64,000 nt of DNA, taken from the IMG/VR virus record IMGVR_UViG_3300045988_174371, positions 32,001-96,000 of that record. One strand, 5' to 3'. Position 1 is the first letter of the stretch. Each line of letters begins with the position of its first letter. Position numbers and translations under genes: made by a program. Origin of the DNA: a virus. The notes beneath the pieces were generated by a model. That model did not search any database. It was not told where the DNA came from and saw only the letters and a program-made list of their open reading frames with translations. This document shows, piece after piece, positions 58,253-64,000 of this stretch.

Positions 58253-59176
58253 TTATGCCGCTTCGCCGGATGCCAGCGCATCAAAAGCGCCCACAATCTC
58301 ACACGTACTTGCGATGGACTGCGTGGCAAAGTTGATGAACACTGGCAGGGCGTACATGTCATCAAAGAACAGACCCATCTTGCGGGGTTTTAGTGCGACA
58401 GGCTTATATGCGCCAGAAAAGCACTTATAAGCAGGCGGGTTACCCTCAATGTCTAGCCCTTCACACCCGCGCATAGCGCTCACATAACGACCATACTCAC
58501 CGCTCTCTTCAACTAGCTCCTTAAGTGCGCCTAGAAGCTTAGGTGAATAGGTTTGGCGGAAGTACTTGTCAGAGCGGCGGTCAGGCAAACCTACGCCCGC
58601 GTGGACAGTGATTATCATGTCGTCGTCACGCCCTGGGTCACCCCACACAAGCCAGCCAGCGGTACTTTCAGGGTATGCCGATACTACCGACGTGTTAATA
58701 CCGGGAAGCTCTGCAAGTTCCTGCGCCCGCTTAGGCTGAATAACGTTACCAATGCATTCCACCATGTAGCAGGGCTGGGAGGCGGGGGTGTCTCGCAACA
58801 TGTCCTTTAGTTCAGGGTATACCTGGAGCGGGTTCACGACCCTCACAGGTGAGTTCTTGACTGCGGAGAAGCTGACGAACGGGTCTGCGTAGCTTGCGGA
58901 GTAACAATGAGTTCCCTGCTCTACTAGGGTTTCTGCGATGCCGTGGAAGTAATCATCAAAGCTATTCACGTTGCCGGGAGACTCAGGGGCGATAACCTCT
59001 GCAAGGTACGGGTGGACGGGGAGGACAACGCTCTGTTCCGCATTCAAGGGTGCGTGGACGAATCCGTGGGTGAACCACAGCTTATCGCCCTCCTGGTCGG
59101 CAAACAGTAGCAGGTTTACGGGTACGCCTTCTGAGACATGGGAGAACGTCTCGAAGTCGATAGTGGGGGAAGTCAT
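58253..59176 (-). CDS. hypothetical protein (307 aa)
   Basis: GGAAAGGAG SD. Confidence 0.8.
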   Translation of the reverse strand: MTSPTIDFETFSHVSEGVPVNLLLFADQEGDKLWFTHGFVHAPLNAEQSVVLPVHPYLAEVIAPESPGNVNSFDDYFHGIAETLVEQGTHCYSASYADPFVSFSAVKNSPVRVVNPLQVYPELKDMLRDTPASQPCYMVECIGNVIQPKRAQELAELPGINTSVVSAYPESTAGWLVWGDPGRDDDMIITVHAGVGLPDRRSDKYFRQTYSPKLLGALKELVEESGEYGRYVSAMRGCEGLDIEGNPPAYKCFSGAYKPVALKPRKMGLFFDDMYALPVFINFATQSIASTCEIVGAFDALASGEAA

Positions 59177-59261
59177 TAGGGGCTCCTTTCCTTATTTGGC
59201 GGTTGTATTCTATGGGTGAGTTGTCTCGTGGGTTATCTCACCTCTGGTGGTGTGCTTTCTG

Positions 59262-59561
59262 CTAGTTCTTGCGGTTGAGCAGTTCGTAGCAGTTGTGGAA
59301 GTTGTCAGGCTTGTAGTAGAGCTGGGGGTATCCGCTACTCGGGGCGGTAGAGCGGAGAGCCCAGGTGAACTTACCTCTGTTGCCGGTGGTGTTGGAGGTG
59401 AAGTATGCGTACTTCTGGTCGGTATGGGTGATGGTGACTGCTTCTGCGCCTTCTTCGGTAGCGTCCCAGTTGATGCTTGTGCCGTCTACGGGGAATAGTC
59501 CGATGGTGTCGCCAACTTTCAGGGGGGAGGTGATGCCGTTGTGGATGATTTCATTGCTCAT
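59262..59561 (-). CDS. hypothetical protein (99 aa)
   Basis: AGAAAGGAA SD. Confidence 0.75.
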   Translation of the reverse strand: MSNEIIHNGITSPLKVGDTIGLFPVDGTSINWDATEEGAEAVTITHTDQKYAYFTSNTTGNRGKFTWALRSTAPSSGYPQLYYKPDNFHNCYELLNRKN

Positions 59562-59594
59562 GGTGGCGGGTTCCTTTCTTGCGGTCAGCTTTCG

Positions 59595-59897
59595 TTATGC
59601 CTTAAATAGCGATGCGACAGCTTGGTTGATGTGGTTGATGATGCGAGTTTGCGCCTTGTCCTCGTCTTCGTAGTCCCATTCGTTTTCAGCCCAGATGGTC
59701 GGCGCGCGGTTAGTGACACTGTAACCGATGGGTACTTTGGTGAAGCGGACGGTGTACTTGTCGTCGCCGTCTTTGAGTGAGATGGTGAAGCCGCTCTTGT
59801 TGCGCTCTTCAATAGATGCGTTAAGCGTCGGTAGCGCCGTCTGTAGCGCGTCTTTTACTTTGGCGGGTTTGATGGTGTGGTTGATTTCGTAGTGCAT
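59595..59897 (-). CDS. hypothetical protein (100 aa)
   Basis: CAGGAGGAA SD. Confidence 0.75.
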   Translation of the reverse strand: MHYEINHTIKPAKVKDALQTALPTLNASIEERNKSGFTISLKDGDDKYTVRFTKVPIGYSVTNRAPTIWAENEWDYEDEDKAQTRIINHINQAVASLFKA

Positions 59898-59928
59898 GGG
59901 TTCCTCCTGTGGTGGGTGAGTGTGGGTG

Positions 59929-60342
59929 TTACAGCTTCACGGTGAAGTCTGGTAGTTGGAATGTGGTGGTAACGTAAAGTGTGCCTGGCGCAAATTCGTT
60001 ATCGTACTCATAGGTGACTTTGGATGCTTTGATAGGCAGTATGTCTGCGGTGATTGACTTGATGAGCTCAGCTTCGATGAAGTCGTTACCTAGGTCAAGT
60101 TTCTTGGTCACGGTTGCAGAGCCACATGTGAAGGTTGCAGGGGCAGTGTTTCGGCTATGGTCGCCGCTAAAGCCTGTCTTCTCGAACGCTCCTCCGGTCA
60201 GCTCGTGCTTCATCTCACCCACGGCGACTAGGTAGACATCTTCACCGCGTTCTAGTTGATGCGTGATGTCTGCGTCGTAGCTTAGGGCTAGGGTGGTAAA
60301 TGATGGGTTGCTGAACTTTATTTCAGCTGAATAGTCTTCCAT
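59929..60342 (-). CDS. hypothetical protein (137 aa)
   Basis: CCGAAAGGAA SD; promoter 60376..60405. Confidence 0.8.
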   Translation of the reverse strand: MEDYSAEIKFSNPSFTTLALSYDADITHQLERGEDVYLVAVGEMKHELTGGAFEKTGFSGDHSRNTAPATFTCGSATVTKKLDLGNDFIEAELIKSITADILPIKASKVTYEYDNEFAPGTLYVTTTFQLPDFTVKL

Positions 60343-60375
60343 GAGTGGGTTCCTTTCGGTTACGATTCATGTTCC

Positions 60376-60405
60376 AGTGTATCACACATATAAAGGTGAT
60401 TGCAG
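60376..60405 (-). promoter_or_regulatory. family promoter
   Basis: minus reading CTGCAA-N13-TGTGATACACT. Confidence 0.65.
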
Positions 60406-60527
60406 ACCATATTTAGGTGGCGTACACCACAATGCCCATAGGTCAAGCACTCCGCCTCACATCACCCCTTACATGGTATTCTAAATGAGGTAAACCCATA
60501 AAACTACTACTCCAAGGAGAACCCCTT

Positions 60528-61448
60528 ATGCGCCTTAGGTTTGTGACTGATTACCCTGACATTGGTGACGGTCTGCTCTATATCCGCTATCCCTCTAGCT
60601 CGTCTGATAGACATGATGTGTCTATTGAGCTCTATGAAGTGTCCAGCGCGGATGCGGACGGTCTGCTCTATGCTCGCAGAGTGAGTGATGCGGGCGGGAA
60701 TGACTCGCAGGAAGTTATTACCTTCCGTTATAGAGATGAGAATGTACATATTTATCCGCCTGTAGATGGGGTACTGCTCGCCGCTGTCGGCAAGCCCACC
60801 ACTGCTGAAAAGGCGGGGTTGCCCACTTCCATGTTCTTTATGCACGGCGGGCGCATTACACATGCGGAAGCTAAGATGGCGTACAGTGATGGTGTCGCAC
60901 CCATTCGAGATGGTAAGAACATTCTCTTTTCAGCTGATGCGTGGCGCATGATTGCCGACTATTTCCACCACACTGTGGGTGACGTATATGGTGGCAGGCA
61001 ATTCCTTCATTCATGGGTTCGGTCTAATGCGGCTGTCGCGGTGACCGATGTGCTCACGTGCCCGGTGGATGCAGACTCAGCTCTGCGGGAGTTCCTGTCA
61101 GACCCATATATCACTGACGCTATTTCACTTCATATTGAGCGTGAAAGGGATGCGGATGAGAGCCGCTGGCGGCTTCTCACCCTGGATAGGGGGCTGATTG
61201 AGAAGCAGACCTGCGTCAAGTTGCTTGACGATGCTTATGATGACTATGGTCTACTCACTGCTGAGCTATCGGGGGACGACGTGAAGAAGCGGAGCGTGAC
61301 AAGGTATCTGACTATCTGGTTTGAGGCATTCCTATCACTAGCTAAGGTGGTTGATGAGGACGTTGCGGAAGCCACTGTTCTCCCAGCCGTCAGTAGGGCT
61401 AGGGGTATTATTGCCACCCTAGTTGCCCGCCCCACGTATTGCAAGTAG
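60528..61448 (+). CDS. hypothetical protein (306 aa)
   Basis: CAAGGAG SD. Confidence 0.8.
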   Translation: MRLRFVTDYPDIGDGLLYIRYPSSSSDRHDVSIELYEVSSADADGLLYARRVSDAGGNDSQEVITFRYRDENVHIYPPVDGVLLAAVGKPTTAEKAGLPTSMFFMHGGRITHAEAKMAYSDGVAPIRDGKNILFSADAWRMIADYFHHTVGDVYGGRQFLHSWVRSNAAVAVTDVLTCPVDADSALREFLSDPYITDAISLHIERERDADESRWRLLTLDRGLIEKQTCVKLLDDAYDDYGLLTAELSGDDVKKRSVTRYLTIWFEAFLSLAKVVDEDVAEATVLPAVSRARGIIATLVARPTYCK

Positions 61449-61511
61449 CAATACCTCTGCGGGTTTACGCATGTGTATGTGTGGGTAGGGTGGCTGGAGC
61501 GACAGGAATAC

Positions 61512-61540
61512 TAGCAAAGTAGTTCACCTTGTGGTACTAT
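61512..61540 (+). promoter_or_regulatory. family promoter
   Basis: TAGCAA-N12-TGTGGTACTAT. Confidence 0.6.
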
Positions 61541-61593
61541 ATTGTTTGTAGGCGGGATTGAATAGCAGTCCCGCATAGAGAAGGAGAGCTATC

Positions 61594-62016
61594 ATGCTTA
61601 CCCGTAAATCTTTTGTCGCCCTGGCTGTCGCTGGTGTTCTGCTCACCGGATGCGCAGGAACCGCCAATACTCACTCGACTCAGGCACCCACTGGAACCAA
61701 TGTGTCTCAGGCGGCAAGTCCGACCGCTTCAGAAACCGCTAAGCAGAAGCAGTACATTGTGCTTTCAGCGCATATGTTCACTCGCACCAATGATAGTGGC
61801 AAGCAGGTCACTATGATTGCCTATACGTTGCGCGGTCAGGATGGTGCTATTTACAGCCACACCATTATTCGTGATGCTGTAAAGGTAGTTGCTGAGGACA
61901 TGGATTACGCTGTCGCTTATGCTACGGACTCCCAGCTGATGCTTGGTGAGGTAACCTTTGTGGTTCCTAAGGATGGCATTGCTCCCAATATTGACTTCGT
62001 GAATATTGCTCACTAG
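61594..62016 (+). CDS. lipoprotein, paralog of 33099..33680 (140 aa)
   Basis: GAAGGAG SD; signal peptide plus lipobox LLTGC. Confidence 0.85.
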   Translation: MLTRKSFVALAVAGVLLTGCAGTANTHSTQAPTGTNVSQAASPTASETAKQKQYIVLSAHMFTRTNDSGKQVTMIAYTLRGQDGAIYSHTIIRDAVKVVAEDMDYAVAYATDSQLMLGEVTFVVPKDGIAPNIDFVNIAH

Positions 62017-62023
62017 TGACGGT

Positions 62024-62056
62024 GGAAGCCCTGGCAGATTGCTTGCCGGGGCTTCC
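62024..62056 (+). terminator. hairpin terminator
   Basis: GGAAGCCCTGGCA ... TGCCGGGGCTTCC then TTTC. Confidence 0.7.
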
Positions 62057-62078
62057 TTTCGTATTCTCACCTAAATAA

Positions 62079-62108
62079 TTGGCATAATAGTTCCAGATGT
62101 GGTAGTAT
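62079..62108 (+). promoter_or_regulatory. family promoter
   Basis: TTGGCA-N13-TGTGGTAGTAT. Confidence 0.65.
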
Positions 62109-62162
62109 TATATTGTTATCGAGGGAACCCCTCAATCATACTTCCAGCAAAAGGAGTCTACA

Positions 62163-62531
62163 ATGTTCCAGGCAGAAACCTTCCAGTACCCCACCGAATA
62201 CACCGCCCGCCTTGCAGTGTCAGCCCAGGAAGCCAGCGACTCATTCCTGGAGCACGACTACTACTACATCGACACGCTCGCATACACCCACAATAAAGCA
62301 AAGACTGAATGGGGTATTGAAGCCACCATTGAAGAGCCTTACCACATTGGCGACGAGAAGCCGGAAGGCTGGACTCCCGAAACCCTCACCCTCACCACCA
62401 CTGAACCCCTTAGCGAAGAGCACGCAGAGCTTCTTATGGGCACCCTAGAGTATGTACAGCGTCACGGCATCGAACTTTCCCTCGACCGTGAAGATGACAC
62501 GCTCTTCGTGGATGCCACCTATACCAACTAA
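62163..62531 (+). CDS. hypothetical acidic protein (122 aa)
   Basis: AAAGGAG SD. Confidence 0.8.
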   Translation: MFQAETFQYPTEYTARLAVSAQEASDSFLEHDYYYIDTLAYTHNKAKTEWGIEATIEEPYHIGDEKPEGWTPETLTLTTTEPLSEEHAELLMGTLEYVQRHGIELSLDREDDTLFVDATYTN

Positions 62532-62543
62532 CACAAGCCACCT

Positions 62544-62581
62544 GCTACACCCCGCACCTACAACACAGGGCGGGGTGTAGC
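62544..62581 (+). terminator. hairpin terminator
   Basis: GCTACACCCCGC ... GCGGGGTGTAGC. Confidence 0.7.
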
Positions 62582-62613
62582 AATACCACCACCCACCCAC
62601 AGGAAGGCATGAC

Positions 62614-63531
62614 ATGACCATTCTTCAAAAGTATATGATGGGCTCTTCCGCCGCGCTCCTAACATGCTTCCTAACGGCGGCGCTACTAATCGCCATTATT
62701 GCCTCTGTTCGCCGCTATCTTGATGCGCGGGCGGTAAGGAAGGGTTTGGCTTTACCAAGCGGCGCTTCCTCTTGGTTCACCTACGCATACGGTGTCGTAG
62801 CTCTGCTTCACCTAATCATTGCCCTTACTTTGGCAGGGGACAACCAGGACATGTTTGTCACTGTTTTTTGGACGGGTCTAGCAATACCCTTGATGGTACT
62901 AGTCCTCTATCACGTCATTCAAGGCATAGGTAATGATAGTGCCCCTCAGGATGCCCCCAGCGAATCCGACCTCATATCGCAGTATAAGGCGACATACTTC
63001 GACACTCTTCTACTGACTGCAATATGTACTATCTTTGCGACCATTTTTGCCGTCGTCGGTAGCACTGTCTATGAGAGTAAAACGGTCGTTACCGAGGTTA
63101 TAGATGGGCGAGTAGTGGAGTATCGAGGCGAAATTGAACTCACCTCTAACGGTGTAGCTGTCACTATAGCGCCCGCAACGAGTGAATATGAAGAATACGA
63201 CTATGTTTCGAAGAACCATCAGCGGAGGGAAGCTACGAGCACTGTTGCCACCTGGCTTGAGCGTGACTCTAGCGGCTCTGTAAAGACCGTCTCTATCGAC
63301 ACGGGCGGGCGGGGCGGTTTCAACATTGCCGATGACCTACCTGCCGGTGAAGCGCCTTACGTCACCTACACGCCTCAGTACAGCTTGGATAGTTACAGTA
63401 AGCCAGGTGATGCCCTCTGCGTCATGAAGCGTGACACTGGTTGCCCGCTAAATGCACGCCATATCTATGATTCTGTCACGATACATATTCCTGCTGGGTC
63501 TACAGACAGGATGGTGAGCACGAAAGCTTAA
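62614..63531 (+). CDS. TM-domain family paralog (305 aa)
   Basis: AGGAAGG SD; N-terminal TMs; ..TWLERDSSGSV..DLPAGEAPYVT..C..C..TIHIPAGS. Confidence 0.8.
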   Translation: MTILQKYMMGSSAALLTCFLTAALLIAIIASVRRYLDARAVRKGLALPSGASSWFTYAYGVVALLHLIIALTLAGDNQDMFVTVFWTGLAIPLMVLVLYHVIQGIGNDSAPQDAPSESDLISQYKATYFDTLLLTAICTIFATIFAVVGSTVYESKTVVTEVIDGRVVEYRGEIELTSNGVAVTIAPATSEYEEYDYVSKNHQRREATSTVATWLERDSSGSVKTVSIDTGGRGGFNIADDLPAGEAPYVTYTPQYSLDSYSKPGDALCVMKRDTGCPLNARHIYDSVTIHIPAGSTDRMVSTKA

Positions 63532-63550
63532 CAGTTGCTCCACTGGACAC

Positions 63551-63596
63551 AAATGCACCCCCTAACGCAAGAACTTTCACGTTAGGGGGTGCATTT
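63551..63596. terminator. bidirectional terminator
   Basis: 17-bp arms AAATGCACCCCCTAACG/CGTTAGGGGGTGCATTT. Confidence 0.8.
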
Positions 63597-63611
63597 CGTT
63601 AGGGCTGTGTA

Positions 63612-63845
63612 TTACTGACCGCTCTTAATGCGGGCAATTTCAGCTTCTACCGCCTCTTCGCCGCTCTCGTAGCCGTAGTACCTAAGGATTTCGGAGCGAT
63701 AGTAGCAGAACTCATCAGTCAGGCGTAGCTTATAAGAGCTACTCTTTACGAGCTCAGCATCAATAATTTCCCTGAGCGTATCCTCAGGGACGATAAAACC
63801 AATACCTTCACGATAGGTAATATCCTCGATAATGGGTTTGCTCAT
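63612..63845 (-). CDS. hypothetical protein (77 aa; track ORF trimmed)
   Basis: AAGAGGAG SD 7 nt before the ATG at 63845. Confidence 0.7.
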   Translation of the reverse strand: MSKPIIEDITYREGIGFIVPEDTLREIIDAELVKSSSYKLRLTDEFCYYRSEILRYYGYESGEEAVEAEIARIKSGQ

Positions 63846-63898
63846 GCGGGTACTCCTCTTTCTCTGCGGCATGAATCATTGGGGTGAATTACCTCTTA

Positions 63899-63909
63899 AT
63901 TATACCACA
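63899..63909 (-). promoter_or_regulatory. family promoter core
   Basis: minus reading TGTGGTATAAT. Confidence 0.55.
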
Positions 63910-63959
63910 TATTCAATGCTTGCTGGAAATACTGGCGTGTAGCGTCCGTCACAAGATAC

Positions 63960-64000
63960 CTATATGCCCGCGTAGAAGTTCTTGAGCTCACTACGCACCC
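63960..64000 (-). CDS. 3' end of a paralog of the HTH protein 2835..3374 (partial, runs off the window)
   Basis: the minus frame reads ..VRSELKNFYAGI-stop, versus ..RHATLKHFFYAGA-stop at 2835; the DNA is also similar (cgcgtagaag..cttgag). Confidence 0.5.
   Translation of the reverse strand, partial: VRSELKNFYAGI

Noticed and set aside
1-64000. Genome-wide TAG stop-codon recoding
   Set aside because: Many well-supported genes end in TAG directly followed by terminators (for example 80..478, 493..822 and 56201..56710). No tRNA here has a CUA anticodon; the 'TAG' tRNA reads CUA Leu codons. Only the single case at 51384 looks like possible read-through.
1-64000. CRISPR array, retron, or diversity-generating retroelement behind the paralog families
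   Set aside because: No regularly spaced direct repeats, no reverse-transcriptase-like ORF and no template/variable repeat pair were seen. Paralog divergence is spread over whole proteins rather than confined to one hypervariable patch.

Overview
The window looks like a non-structural accessory (early or host-takeover-like) region of a large phage or phage-like mobile element. The host is probably Gram-positive and high-GC, judged from GAAAGG/AAGGAG Shine-Dalgarno sites, LxxC lipoboxes and an actinobacterial-type BI-1/YccA N-terminus. That host assignment is inference.

**Layout.** I call about 90 mostly small ORFs, roughly three quarters on the minus strand. Plus-strand islands lie at 1.3-2.7, 6.9-7.3, 10.1-13.5, 21.7-24.0, 35.9-38.8, 48.3-48.5, 54.4-55.9 and 60.5-63.5 kb. 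Almost every gene or gene pair has its own copy of one promoter motif (TTGCAY-N12/13-TGTGRTAYAMT, an extended -10 type) and its own hairpin terminator, often a long perfect palindrome.

**Recognisable products are few:**
- a DRB0094/Rnl5-type ATP-dependent RNA ligase
- a Bax-inhibitor-1/YccA membrane protein
- a YgjV-like membrane protein
- Xis/MerR-type HTH proteins
- lipoproteins
- a truncated TnpB (IS605-family) remnant

No capsid, tail, replication, CRISPR or reverse-transcriptase genes are visible.

**RNA genes.** There are four tRNAs: Leu-GAG twice in inverted orientation, Leu-TAG and Arg-CCG. All three Leu tRNAs sit behind strong promoters with unusually long (about 125-165 nt) structured leaders.

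**Most interesting signals:**
1. A three-copy structured RNA element (GUCAAGACC-AGGAAGG-CUGGC core) with compensatory base changes. Two copies lead membrane-protein genes and one is free-standing.
2. Two diverged copies of a promoter + structured RNA + tRNA-Leu(GAG) module, inverted and bracketing 26 kb that holds most of the paralog expansions.
3. Several expanded paralog families: a 7-member SHN..YGW-motif family, a 6-member multi-TM + Cys-containing C-terminal domain family, and duplicated two-gene modules. Two members are split by +1 frame changes.
4. Two adjacent coiled-coil ORFs separated only by an in-frame TAG.
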